Shown: in pieces, positions 1-9,693 of the stretch
How the letters are laid out: every line of letters starts with the position of its first letter
How positions within the stretch are numbered: the stretch's first letter is position 1
NCBI GenBank assembly: GCA_045543695.1
Contig: JAZPXQ010000011.1
Span: forward strand, 98,923 to 162,922
DNA length: 64,000 nucleotides
Direction of reading: 5' to 3'
DNA from: Acutalibacteraceae bacterium
GTDB taxonomy: Bacteria; Bacillota; Clostridia; Oscillospirales; Acutalibacteraceae
Position numbers and translations under genes: made by a program
The notes under the pieces: model-generated
Database searches by the model: none
What the model was told of the DNA's origin: nothing
Seen by the model: the letters and a program-made list of their open reading frames with translations, nothing else

Positions 1-305
1 ATCAGGATAAGCGTGGCATTCAGGCAAAGCGTATTTTCACAGACGGAATCAGTGATATTCTTGCAAAGCCCTTAGAAAACCATGAGCTTGCAATATGTCT
101 CTTTAATAAATCCAACAAGCCCAGAGAAATGTCTGTTTCCATCTCAAAGCTTCATAGCGATGCTTTTATTGATTTACCAATTAAAAAATCTTACGAAGCA
201 ACAAATCTTTGGACAAAGGAAAAATTCCTATTAACGGATAAAATAACAACAATTATTGCTCCTCATGGTGTTGCAGTATATAAAATCATAGCAACAGAAG
301 AATAA
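1..305 (+). CDS. Glycoside hydrolase C-terminal fragment (alpha-galactosidase GH27/GH36-like beta-sandwich), 5' end outside window
   Basis: Frame 3 is open from the window edge to TAA 303-305. The tail ...HELAICLFNKSNKPREMSVSISKL...IIAPHGVAVYKIIATEE resembles alpha-galactosidase C-terminal domains. A hairpin terminator follows. Confidence 0.45.
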   Translation, partial: QDKRGIQAKRIFTDGISDILAKPLENHELAICLFNKSNKPREMSVSISKLHSDAFIDLPIKKSYEATNLWTKEKFLLTDKITTIIAPHGVAVYKIIATEE

Positions 306-313
306 ACAACAAG

Positions 314-349
314 CTCCCCCTTGGATTTCAAAGAAAATCCAAGGGGCTT
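314..349 (+). terminator. Rho-independent terminator
   Basis: Inverted repeat CCCCTTGGATTT / AAATCCAAGGGG lies right after the stop codon and is followed by a T-rich tract. Confidence 0.6.
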
Positions 350-430
350 AATTTAGTTTAATTAACAGAAAAAAGCCAAAAATATAATATAAAAATAAAC
401 TCTAAAAAATAAAAATATTTTGAAAATATA

Positions 431-459
431 ATGACTATTTCATCAAAAGATAGTATAAT
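431..459 (+). promoter_or_regulatory. Candidate sigma-A promoter for the MATE gene
   Basis: ATGACT (-35), a 17-nt spacer, then TATAAT (454-459), about 28 nt upstream of the ATG. Confidence 0.4.
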
Positions 460-486
460 GAATTGATTTTTTTCGGAGGTGGAGTT

Positions 487-1836
487 ATGAACAAGCGTGG
501 TATTCTTGATATGACAACAGGACCATTTTTCAAAAAAATATTAATATTCTCCGTTCCTCTTATGCTGACCGGCGTTCTTCAGCTTGTTTACAACGCTGCT
601 GACGTAATGGTTGTTGGGCGTTTTGCCGGAAGTGCTTCACTTGCAGCAGTAGGCTCAACAAGCTCCCTTATTAACCTTATTGTAAACCTTTTCATAGGTC
701 TTTCAACAGGCGCCGGAGTTGTCACTGCAAGGAATATTGGCGCAAATGCTCCCGACAAAATTCACAAAAGTGTACACACTGCTATGGCTCTTAGTATCGC
801 ATCGGGATTTGCCGTTGGGCTTTTTGGTTTCTTTTTATCCGATAAACTCCTAAGTCTTATGGGAACTCCGGAAAATGTTTTGCCTCTTGCAGCTCTATAT
901 TTAAAAATTTACTTTTTTGGTGCTCCCGGCAGTATGGTTTATAATTTTGGTGCATCCATTGTTCGGGCTACAGGTGATACTAAACGTCCACTTATAATTT
1001 TAGGCTTTAGCGGGCTCGTGAATGTAGTTCTGAATGTTGTGCTTGTTGTGGGCTTCCATTTTGATGTTGCCGGTGTTGCAATTGCCACAATAGTTGCTCA
1101 ATATATTTCTGCTGTTCTTATTGTCGTAAGACTAAAGCATATAGAAAACGCTTGCAGATTGAATTTTAAGAAAGTCAGAATTTACAAAGAGGAATTAAAG
1201 GATATTGTGAAAATAGGTCTTCCTGCCGGTTTTCAAAGTAGCCTATTCTCATTTTCCAATGTGCTTATTCAATCTACAATTAACACCTTCGGTTCTGTTG
1301 CCATGGCAGGTAACACTGCAGCCCAAAACGCAGATGCCATAATTTACACCTGTACAAACGCAGTAGCTCAGACAGCTATGACCTTTGCTTCACAGAATAT
1401 GGGCGCAAGGAAATACGAAAACCTTAGAAAAGTGTATTTTATCTGTTTGAGATTTGCACTTGTTTTAAGTGTTGTACTTGGTGCCATTGGATTCCTTTTC
1501 CCTGAATACATCATAGGCATTTTCACAACGGATGCTGAGGTTATTGAAATTGGTAAACAAAGGCTTTATATAATGATGGCAACATATTTTATTTGTAGCT
1601 TAATGGATGTTTCAGGCTACCAGATTCGTGGTATGGGAAAATCCCTTGAGCCTATGATAATAACACTTTTAGGCGCCTGTGGTATAAGAGTACTCTGGCT
1701 CTATACAGGCTATCCATTAAAACAAGAGCTTTGGAATTTATATCTCTCCTACCCTATTTCGTGGGGCACAACCTTCATAGCTTTATGTATTTGTTTCTTT
1801 GTATTTGAAAAACGCATAAGAAAAAAGTCGCAGTAA
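487..1836 (+). CDS. MATE family multidrug/toxin efflux transporter
   Basis: About 12 TM segments and typical MatE sequence (FAGSASLAAVGSTSSL, RATGDTKRPL). ATG 487 is preceded by GGAGGTGGAG. The upstream TTG 463 has no SD. Confidence 0.85.
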   Translation: MNKRGILDMTTGPFFKKILIFSVPLMLTGVLQLVYNAADVMVVGRFAGSASLAAVGSTSSLINLIVNLFIGLSTGAGVVTARNIGANAPDKIHKSVHTAMALSIASGFAVGLFGFFLSDKLLSLMGTPENVLPLAALYLKIYFFGAPGSMVYNFGASIVRATGDTKRPLIILGFSGLVNVVLNVVLVVGFHFDVAGVAIATIVAQYISAVLIVVRLKHIENACRLNFKKVRIYKEELKDIVKIGLPAGFQSSLFSFSNVLIQSTINTFGSVAMAGNTAAQNADAIIYTCTNAVAQTAMTFASQNMGARKYENLRKVYFICLRFALVLSVVLGAIGFLFPEYIIGIFTTDAEVIEIGKQRLYIMMATYFICSLMDVSGYQIRGMGKSLEPMIITLLGACGIRVLWLYTGYPLKQELWNLYLSYPISWGTTFIALCICFFVFEKRIRKKSQ

Positions 1837-1860
1837 AAAAAGACTGCGACTTTTCGTTTT
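1826..1860. terminator. Hairpin terminator between convergent genes
   Basis: AGTCGCAGT / ACTGCGACT stem encloses the MATE stop codon. It is flanked by an A-run and TTTTCGTTTT. Confidence 0.6.
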
Positions 1861-1866
1861 ATATAA

Positions 1867-2550
1867 TTATTTAATATCAATACCACCAAAAATACAGGTT
1901 GCGTGAACTAGTATTGTATAAGGGTTTTCCGGTGAATTTTTATGTTCTTTATTATCAACGCCACCGAATATTGAGGTTGAATGAACCTTAACATTAACGC
2001 CTTCTGGGACGAAAATTTCAATCCCACCAAAAATAGCATTGGCTTTGATTACGCAATCCTGCTCAATAAAAGCACCTCTTAAATCACAATCAACGCCACC
2101 GAATATTGCATTTAATTCCGTTCCGTAAAACATCTCACCTGAAAAATTTGCAGTTGCACCTGAAAATGTCGCACCAAACTTTTTTGTATCGCCACCAATG
2201 TTTTTTACGTTTTCCATAACCTTTTCACTTTTATTACGGAATAATCCACCCAGAATCATTTTAAGTCCAACTGCAACAATGATTACCGGAAGACCCAGTT
2301 TCCAAAGCATAGAAAACTCTAAAATTTCCTGACAGCAGAGCAGAAGAAACACACCAACAGCTACACCTAAAAGGTTGCCGAATTTTTCTTTTGAAGTAAA
2401 TATTCCTATAAAGCAAGGAATTATGATAAAAAGAGTCCACCAGCCCTCAAAGAAAATATCAATATCTGTGATTTCCAGTGCATTAAGCGCAACTATTACG
2501 CCAACTGCAACAAGCACAATTCCCCAGATAATACCTTTAAATCTCTTCAT
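1867..2550 (-). CDS. LiaF-like membrane protein (N-terminal TM bundle, C-terminal IFGG-repeat domain)
   Basis: 4-5 N-terminal TM helices. The C-terminal half carries repeated (A/S)IFGG(V/I)(D/E) motifs typical of the LiaF / cell-wall-active-antibiotic-response domain. Confidence 0.6.
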   Translation of the reverse strand: MKRFKGIIWGIVLVAVGVIVALNALEITDIDIFFEGWWTLFIIIPCFIGIFTSKEKFGNLLGVAVGVFLLLCCQEILEFSMLWKLGLPVIIVAVGLKMILGGLFRNKSEKVMENVKNIGGDTKKFGATFSGATANFSGEMFYGTELNAIFGGVDCDLRGAFIEQDCVIKANAIFGGIEIFVPEGVNVKVHSTSIFGGVDNKEHKNSPENPYTILVHATCIFGGIDIK

Positions 2551-2568
2551 TAATATTCCTCCTTTTTA

Positions 2569-3825
2569 TTATTCCTCTACCTGATATTCCACGTCCTCGA
2601 ACTGCATTGTAACCTCTTCACGGGTAAAGCCTTCAAGGTCATATCTATCGGAATAATAGTTATATTTATCAATGTTAAATGTTGAATCGGGCTTACAGGT
2701 AATCATAGTACATCCTCTTTGAGACCCCTCTTTTGCAATGCCAATGTATGCAATGTAATCTATGCTGTAGCCACAGCTAAATGTAATCCCCTTATATTCA
2801 GCTGTAAGATTATTGTAATGGTCATGACCGTGATACATTGCCTTAGTTGAATCAAGCTCAAGCATTTTTTCAAAAAGCTTATCCTCGCCAAAACCACAGT
2901 ATACTCTTCTGCCACCTTCGCCTATTATACCATCGATATATTTAAAATTTTCAGTGTCTTTAAAATCATTTTCAACAAATTCGTTCCAGGCCTCGCTCAA
3001 CTCAACCAAAGGAATATGGAAGAAAGCCTGTGTTTTAACATTTTCGGCTGTTTTGTTGAGTTTTTTATTTTCAGCATTCATTCGTTTTATTTCAGCTTCA
3101 TACCATTCAACCTGATTATCGTGAATATTGTCATAAGTACCCTTCCAGCTTGTAATCATACGATCATCAACATAAGATAGAGAGTCAATTAAAATCAAGC
3201 CCTGAGTAATAATGCCCTTTGAATTTTTTACCTCAATTATATGGTTACCCTCACCATCAACATCTTCAGGACCCTTTTGGAACAAGCAATATTTATAGCT
3301 TTCATCCGTATAAAAACCTGCAACTGCTTCTCTGTCAAAATAAGAATAAGGCTCAGCATCATGGTTACCAAAGGTTACAGTCCAGTACACCCCAAGGCTC
3401 TCCATAAGGTTCGCAAACACCTTTGCGCTGGTGTAGTTATTGAAGGTACCGGCCTGGAAGGGCACAGGGTAAGCAATATCACCTGTTGCAATAACCAAAT
3501 CCGGTTTTTCCTTTGTAATCATAGTTGCAACAGCATTAAGTGTCTTTTTATCTCTGCCATAACACATCCAACCACTGCCGATGTGAACATCTGTAAGGTG
3601 CATTACCTTAAAGTCATCATCGGTTGTAAAATACCAATAACCATTATCGTCTTTTTGAGGAACAAGCTGATTTTCAATTTCGACTTTATTATACGCACTA
3701 CCTGCTTTCATAAGATTATGTGTTAAAAGAGTATTAACAATCGCAGTTACAACTGCTATAGCAACAACCACTATCACAAAACCAATTAAAACCTTTTTTA
3801 ATTTTTTTCCTTTTGTTTTAGCCAT
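2569..3825 (-). CDS. Membrane-anchored calcineurin-like metallophosphoesterase
   Basis: N-terminal TM anchor plus the phosphoesterase motifs HLTDVHIG, GDIAYP, GNHD, FFHIP and HGHDH. Confidence 0.8.
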   Translation of the reverse strand: MAKTKGKKLKKVLIGFVIVVVAIAVVTAIVNTLLTHNLMKAGSAYNKVEIENQLVPQKDDNGYWYFTTDDDFKVMHLTDVHIGSGWMCYGRDKKTLNAVATMITKEKPDLVIATGDIAYPVPFQAGTFNNYTSAKVFANLMESLGVYWTVTFGNHDAEPYSYFDREAVAGFYTDESYKYCLFQKGPEDVDGEGNHIIEVKNSKGIITQGLILIDSLSYVDDRMITSWKGTYDNIHDNQVEWYEAEIKRMNAENKKLNKTAENVKTQAFFHIPLVELSEAWNEFVENDFKDTENFKYIDGIIGEGGRRVYCGFGEDKLFEKMLELDSTKAMYHGHDHYNNLTAEYKGITFSCGYSIDYIAYIGIAKEGSQRGCTMITCKPDSTFNIDKYNYYSDRYDLEGFTREEVTMQFEDVEYQVEE

Positions 3826-3949
3826 AAAAGCACTCCCTTTCTCTTTTTTAGAATAACATATATTTATTTAATTTTCAACAATATTGCATTTACCGGTTAA
3901 TTTAAGTATAATCATAATATAAAACTCTATAAAAAAAAGGGTGAATCAA

Positions 3950-5311
3950 ATGAAAAAAGAGAACACAATATTAAAAAACGCATTTACAATTCTTTTAGGA
4001 GCACTTTTAATGGGGCTTTTATGGCGAGTTCGTGGTGAGCACGGATGGGGTTCATCCTGGGGCCTTCTTAACGCAGGCTTTGTTTTTACAATGTTCATTG
4101 TTACTGTAAAAGGAAGTCGCCAAAAGCTTGATATAGGCTGGCTCTCGCTTACAGCCCTTGCCTTTATGCTTACAACACCCGGTTGGGGTACACTTTTAAG
4201 CCAGATAACAGGCATAATTTATGACGCAGAGGATTGGTTCAATGGTGGTAATGATGTTTACACTTCTGTTGGCTCTGCTATATTCTTAATGCTTTGTCTT
4301 GGCTTTGGTCTTGCCTCACTTTTCGGCATTATGTTGGGACGAGGCTTCAGCGAAAAGCAATGGAAGCTTAAAGATTTCTTTATTCTTATTGCAGTTTTCT
4401 ACATAACTGACTTAATTTCCAGCGCAGTAATTTCTCCATTTATTCTTAACTTAGCCCAACCCGAAGCTGCTGAAGTTTTTGAAAAAGGTTTGGAAATACA
4501 AAACATAGAAGGTTCTGCATATAAGGTTTATATGGAGCATTTCAAAGATATTTCCTGGGCTAAGAAAATTGACGGCGGCAGAAATTATTTTCAATCCTGC
4601 GATGTAATTACCTCAACAATTAAAGCAATAATCTCTCTTTTGACTGTTCGCTTTATTATAAAAGACAAGACATCTGCAAAAACGGGAACGGTTGTTTGCT
4701 CTGCTTTTGCAATAGGCATTACACTTGCTGACCTTTTCTTTTATTTTGGTAATGGTGGCTATCACGAGCTACACGAAAGCTATCTCCCCGAATTCTTCTA
4801 TTCTTGGGGTTGTTGGGAATATTTCACAGGCTTTATTGCAGGTGGTCTTATCACAGCGTTCATTCTAAAGCTCAACCCGGGAAAGGATGTTCGTGAGCTT
4901 GCTTTCCAAAAAGTACCGGAAAAGTCAAAGACAATTCTTACTTTCGTTCTTGGTACATTGTTTATGGTTGGCGTAAACATTGTAAGACCTGTCCTTGTAA
5001 GATATGAAGATTCAAACCATATGATTATTGCAACTGTTATTGCAGTTTTATTCGCAATCTGCTTTGTTGGTATTCTTGTAAAATTCTATGGATTGAATGC
5101 AACAAAAATCCATATTGAAAAATATTACTCTTTATTACTACTTTTCTTTGTAGCATATATAAGCTTGGTTTATCTGCTTATAGGTACACCTGACTGCTTA
5201 CACCTTTTCGGAAATTACGGATTCCAGCATACAATGGCAATTCTTTCAGCAGTAATTCTTATAATCTGGTTAGCATTCAGAAAAGAAAACAAACTGAATG
5301 AAGGTACATAA
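3950..5311 (+). CDS. Uncharacterised polytopic membrane protein (about 12 TM), candidate transporter
   Basis: Long hydrophobic ORF. ATG 3950 lies 7 nt after AAGGGTG. The stop is 1 nt before the fucosidase ATG. I recognise no family motif. Confidence 0.6.
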   Translation: MKKENTILKNAFTILLGALLMGLLWRVRGEHGWGSSWGLLNAGFVFTMFIVTVKGSRQKLDIGWLSLTALAFMLTTPGWGTLLSQITGIIYDAEDWFNGGNDVYTSVGSAIFLMLCLGFGLASLFGIMLGRGFSEKQWKLKDFFILIAVFYITDLISSAVISPFILNLAQPEAAEVFEKGLEIQNIEGSAYKVYMEHFKDISWAKKIDGGRNYFQSCDVITSTIKAIISLLTVRFIIKDKTSAKTGTVVCSAFAIGITLADLFFYFGNGGYHELHESYLPEFFYSWGCWEYFTGFIAGGLITAFILKLNPGKDVRELAFQKVPEKSKTILTFVLGTLFMVGVNIVRPVLVRYEDSNHMIIATVIAVLFAICFVGILVKFYGLNATKIHIEKYYSLLLLFFVAYISLVYLLIGTPDCLHLFGNYGFQHTMAILSAVILIIWLAFRKENKLNEGT

Positions 5312-5312
5312 A

Positions 5313-6659
5313 ATGGATTTTAAAGATTTTTTAAGAAACGCAGCCCACGTAAAGCCAAGCGAAAATCAATTAAGGCATTTAAGAGAAACCCCTTTCTATG
5401 CTTTCGTGCATTTTAGTCCCAATACTTATACAAATCTTGAATGGGGTGACGGTACAGAAGACCCTGCAATATTCAATCCTACTGAGCTTGACTGTGACCA
5501 ATGGGCAAAAGCTATTAAGGCTGCAGGTATGAAAGGTATGGTGCTTACTGCAAAGCACCATGATGGCTTCTGCCTTTGGCAAACAAAATATACTGAGCAC
5601 AGCATGAAAAACAGCCCCTACAAAAACGGTAAGGGAGATATTGTAAAAGAAGCTGCCGAGGCTTGTAAAAGACACGGTCTAAAATTCGGTTTCTACCTAT
5701 CTCCTTGGGACAGAAACTCAAAGCATTATGGTACTGACGAATACAATACATACTATAAAAACCAATTAACCGAGTTACTTACAAATTATGGTGAAATCTT
5801 CTATGTATGGTTTGATGGCGCTTGTGGTGAAGGTCCAAACGGGAAAAAGCAGGTTTATGATTTTGACGGTTATATTGAGCTTATAAGAAAATATCAACCT
5901 CAAGCAAACATTTTCCACGATGGTGGAACAATCCGTTGGTGTGGTAACGAAGCCGGTATTGCGCCCTTCGCTCAATGGGCTGTTGTCCCAATGGAGCTTT
6001 GCCCCATGAACCCTCCCCAGACACGTGAAGCTTTAATTAATGGCAGCCTTGAATTTGCTTATAATACTGATTTGACAATCGGTTCAATCTCAAACATTAT
6101 ATATTCAAAAGGTCTTGTATTTGCCCCTGCCGAAACAGATATGTCCATAAGACCGGGTTGGTTCTATCATAAAGATGAAGAACCTCACTCTTTAGACAGG
6201 CTTTTCACAACCTACCTGAATACAGTCGGAAATAACTCATCCTTCAATCTTAATATTCCACCAATGCCCAACGGTAAGTTTGACCCTAAGGATTTAGAAA
6301 GATTACACGAATTAGGTAAGCTTATAAAAACGGAATTTGCTCAAAATCTTGCAGAGGGTTGTGAGTTTGAAATGCTTTCCGGTTACGGAGAAACACAACC
6401 GGAATACATACTTAAATTAAACAAAATAGAAACTGTCAAATATGTGGAATTAGCCGAAAGAATAAGTGAAGGTCAAAGAATTGAAAGCTTTACTGTGTTA
6501 GCTAAAACCGAATTTGCAGCATGGCAAAAAATCGCCCAGAGCACAACTGTCGGCAGCAGAAAAATCTTGAAAATTGATAATTTTGAAACTGATGAAATTA
6601 AAATCCGCATAACATCTTCAAGAGACGTGCCCGATATTGAATGGATTAAGGTTTATTAA
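5313..6659 (+). CDS. alpha-L-fucosidase (GH29)
   Basis: GH29 hallmarks are present (KHHDGFCLW, YLSPWD, WFDGA). ATG 5313 lies 9 nt after GAAGG. Confidence 0.85.
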   Translation: MDFKDFLRNAAHVKPSENQLRHLRETPFYAFVHFSPNTYTNLEWGDGTEDPAIFNPTELDCDQWAKAIKAAGMKGMVLTAKHHDGFCLWQTKYTEHSMKNSPYKNGKGDIVKEAAEACKRHGLKFGFYLSPWDRNSKHYGTDEYNTYYKNQLTELLTNYGEIFYVWFDGACGEGPNGKKQVYDFDGYIELIRKYQPQANIFHDGGTIRWCGNEAGIAPFAQWAVVPMELCPMNPPQTREALINGSLEFAYNTDLTIGSISNIIYSKGLVFAPAETDMSIRPGWFYHKDEEPHSLDRLFTTYLNTVGNNSSFNLNIPPMPNGKFDPKDLERLHELGKLIKTEFAQNLAEGCEFEMLSGYGETQPEYILKLNKIETVKYVELAERISEGQRIESFTVLAKTEFAAWQKIAQSTTVGSRKILKIDNFETDEIKIRITSSRDVPDIEWIKVY

Positions 6660-6737
6660 GTTTTTGTATTGACATACAAAGCCGATATATCGTAAAATGG
6701 TTTTGTTATTTATTATTCTATAAGGAAGGTAATAATT

Positions 6738-8204
6738 ATGATTAATATGCCCCAAGTAAAATTGGGTATTGTAGCAGTTTCCCGTGATTGCTTCCCCATG
6801 ACTCTTTCTGAAGGCAGACGTTCTGCTATTGTGAAGGAATATGCAAAATATGGTGATATTTACGAATGTCCCGTTTGCATCGAAAACGAAAAAGATATGC
6901 TCAAAGCTTGTGAGGATGTAAAAAATGCAGGCTGTAATGCTCTTGTAATTTACCTTGGTAACTTTGGTCCGGAATCAGCTGAAACACTCCTTGCAAGACA
7001 TTTCGGTGGCCCCGTTATGTACTGCGCTGCAGCAGAGGAAAGCCAGAATGACCTCCTTGACGGCAGAGGTGACGCATACTGTGGTGTACTTAACCTTAGC
7101 TACAACCTAAAATTAAGAAACATCAAAGCTTACATACCCGAATACCCCGTAGGCGACGCAGCAGACTGTGCTAAAATGATCAGTGAATTTATTCCTGTTG
7201 CAAGAACAATTCTTGCTCTTAAAAACCTTAAAATCATTTCCTTTGGTCCTCGTCCTCAGGATTTCCTTGCTTGTAATGCCCCCATTAAATCTCTTCACGA
7301 TTTAGGTGTTGAAATTGAAGAAAACAGCGAGCTTGACCTTTTCGCAGCCTTCAACGCTCATGCAGGAGACGAAAGAATACCTGCAATTGTAAAGGATATG
7401 GAGAAGGAGCTTGGTGCAGGTAACAAAAAGCCCGAAATTCTTGAAAAGCTTGCTCAGTATGAGCTTACGCTTCTTGATTGGGTTGAAGCTCACAAGGGCT
7501 CAAGAGAATATGTTGCAATCGCAGGTAAATGCTGGCCTGCATTCCAGACAGAATTTAAATTTGTTCCCTGCTATGTAAACAGTCGCCTTGCTTCACGTGG
7601 TATCCCCGTTTCTTGCGAGGTTGACATTTATGGCGTTCTTTCCGAATACATCGGTGCTTGTGTAAGCAACGACGCAGTTACACTTCTTGACATTAATAAT
7701 TCTGTTCCCCGTGATATGTACGATGCAGAAATTGCAGGTAAAACACCTTACAGCTTTACAGATACATTTATGGGCTTCCATTGTGGTAATACACCTGCTT
7801 GTAAGCTTTCGTTCTGTGAAATGAAATATCAGAAGATTATGGCAAGAGCTCTTCCCAAAGAATACACAAACGGTACTCTTGAGGGTGATATTGCTCCCGG
7901 TGATATTACATTCTTCCGTTTACAGTCCACAGCTGACAGTAAGCTTCGTGCTTATGTAGCACAAGGGGAGGTTCTGCCTGTGGCAACCCGTTCCTTTGGT
8001 GGTATCGGTGTATTTGCAATCAATGAAATGGGAAGGTTTTACCGTCACGTGCTTATCGAGGGTAACTTCCCCCACCACGGAGCTGTTGCTTTCGGTCATC
8101 ACGGTAAAGCACTCTTTGAGGTATTCAAATATTTAGGCGTAACAGACATCGGTTACAACCAGCCTAAATCACTTCCGTATAAAACAGAAAATCCTTTCGC
8201 ATAA
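6738..8204 (+). CDS. L-fucose/L-arabinose isomerase family protein (short FucI-like, about 488 aa)
   Basis: The N-terminus KLGIVAVSRDCFP and the FHCGN motif are typical of the FucI-like sugar isomerase family (COG2407). AAGGAAGG SD is present. Confidence 0.7.
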   Translation: MINMPQVKLGIVAVSRDCFPMTLSEGRRSAIVKEYAKYGDIYECPVCIENEKDMLKACEDVKNAGCNALVIYLGNFGPESAETLLARHFGGPVMYCAAAEESQNDLLDGRGDAYCGVLNLSYNLKLRNIKAYIPEYPVGDAADCAKMISEFIPVARTILALKNLKIISFGPRPQDFLACNAPIKSLHDLGVEIEENSELDLFAAFNAHAGDERIPAIVKDMEKELGAGNKKPEILEKLAQYELTLLDWVEAHKGSREYVAIAGKCWPAFQTEFKFVPCYVNSRLASRGIPVSCEVDIYGVLSEYIGACVSNDAVTLLDINNSVPRDMYDAEIAGKTPYSFTDTFMGFHCGNTPACKLSFCEMKYQKIMARALPKEYTNGTLEGDIAPGDITFFRLQSTADSKLRAYVAQGEVLPVATRSFGGIGVFAINEMGRFYRHVLIEGNFPHHGAVAFGHHGKALFEVFKYLGVTDIGYNQPKSLPYKTENPFA

Positions 8205-8216
8205 GAATACAAGACA

Positions 8217-8253
8217 AAATCCCTTGAGTTCATTGAAACTCAAGGGATTTTTA
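8217..8253. terminator. Bidirectional hairpin terminator
   Basis: 14-bp stem AAATCCCTTGAGTT / AAACTCAAGGGATTT with flanking A and T runs, between convergent genes. Confidence 0.7.
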
Positions 8254-8979
8254 TTAATTATTTAAAATAGAATCAATTATCGAAACAGCTTTTTTATCGT
8301 TATGCTGCGATCGTTGTCCTTTATAGTAACTAACAACAAGTCTTATTACATATACCATTCCTTCATCCAACGAAGCAACACAAGGAAAAACATTAAAGCC
8401 AGTGTGTTGGAAAGATTGTTCTTTCAACAATTGTTTTAGTCTTTTGTCTTTCTTTTCGCAATATATCACAGGCAAAAATGTACCTGCCATAAAAAGCATT
8501 GATTTACGGGCAATATTATATTCTTGCAGCTTTTCCGGTATACTTTTAAACAAACCGAAATAATGACGTTTTGATAAAATATTTGAATCAATCAATGCAA
8601 TACACAAAACCTTTTTTTGTTCTTTTAAATAAAAAACCTGAATACCGGCATTTTTCGGGTTATCATTATACTCCAAAAATTCTGAAAAGCCATTTTTCAA
8701 AAGTTGTTGCTTAAAGAAATCAGCAAATGACACTTTCCCCAATTTAGGTATTTTAATTTTTCCCGGTTGCCAGCTTTCAGCGTCATTGTAGTATTCTTTT
8801 TCTGTAGCTAATAATATTACAACTGCAATTAATAATAGGAAAAAGAACACAAACAACGCTTCAAAACCAATTTCATCAATGCGCTCATCAGGTAAATTCA
8901 ATACGCAAATAAGAAAAACAAATGCACCTACAACAAGCACCAAACAAAACACAGAAACTATTGTGTATATTTTTTTCAT
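8254..8979 (-). CDS. Hypothetical membrane protein (2 N-terminal TM, cytoplasmic domain)
   Basis: ORF with two hydrophobic helices. It is the last gene of the minus-strand GH4 operon. No recognisable motif. Confidence 0.55.
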   Translation of the reverse strand: MKKIYTIVSVFCLVLVVGAFVFLICVLNLPDERIDEIGFEALFVFFFLLLIAVVILLATEKEYYNDAESWQPGKIKIPKLGKVSFADFFKQQLLKNGFSEFLEYNDNPKNAGIQVFYLKEQKKVLCIALIDSNILSKRHYFGLFKSIPEKLQEYNIARKSMLFMAGTFLPVIYCEKKDKRLKQLLKEQSFQHTGFNVFPCVASLDEGMVYVIRLVVSYYKGQRSQHNDKKAVSIIDSILNN

Positions 8980-8982
8980 TTT

Positions 8983-9684
8983 TTATTCTACGTATTCCTG
9001 ACCGGGTTCATCCATAAGTGTCATTTTGGCATACCTGATGCCTGAAAGGTTTTTAGTTGAGTCAGGTCCTACAATGCCTACTACATCAACCCAGGTACCA
9101 TCTTCGGGGATTTCAACATCTTCGTCAAAGATAACCTCAATAGGTATCATTTCTGCTGTAGTTTCATCAGCTTCGTTCTCGTGTTCGTGCTCGTGACCCT
9201 CATGAGTATAATTTCTGTAAACCCAATACTGAACAGCACCACTCTCAAACTTTTTGGTATAAAACATACCCTGAAGATGTATTTCAGCACCACCAAAGGC
9301 TGCATAAGACTCCGTTTCTTTCTCCATCTGGTAAGAATCATCCAAAGCATTTATCCAATCATAATAGGTATCATCGGTAACATTTATTTTTACCTTACTT
9401 TTATCATCGTGGGTTCCACCATCTTCTTCGATTTGTTCCAACTGAAGAAGCACAGCGTTCTTTTCTGCATTAAACGCAGCTTCTTTGGCTGCAAACTCCT
9501 CATTATGAGTTTTGGTGTTATGCCAGGTAACAATAAGAAAGGAAAGAATACCAATTACAAAAACAGATAAAAGGCACATATTAATTATTGTAACTTTCTT
9601 CTTAAATGCTGCATCTGCATATTGTTTACCGGTCATACCATCAGGAATTATTTCTTCCTCAGGAGTCTTTTTTTCTTTCGCCAT
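8983..9684 (-). CDS. Hypothetical single-pass membrane protein with an HEGHEHEHE His/Glu cluster
   Basis: One TM (aa 33-53), an extracytoplasmic domain, and a His-rich acidic cluster at aa 161-170. 3-nt gap to the next ORF. Confidence 0.55.
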   Translation of the reverse strand: MAKEKKTPEEEIIPDGMTGKQYADAAFKKKVTIINMCLLSVFVIGILSFLIVTWHNTKTHNEEFAAKEAAFNAEKNAVLLQLEQIEEDGGTHDDKSKVKINVTDDTYYDWINALDDSYQMEKETESYAAFGGAEIHLQGMFYTKKFESGAVQYWVYRNYTHEGHEHEHENEADETTAEMIPIEVIFDEDVEIPEDGTWVDVVGIVGPDSTKNLSGIRYAKMTLMDEPGQEYVE

Positions 9685-9693
9685 AATCTCACC

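Noticed and set aside
3241-3726. 161-aa plus-strand ORF (and 3219-3407)
   Set aside because: It is antisense to the metallophosphoesterase, which carries all the family motifs.
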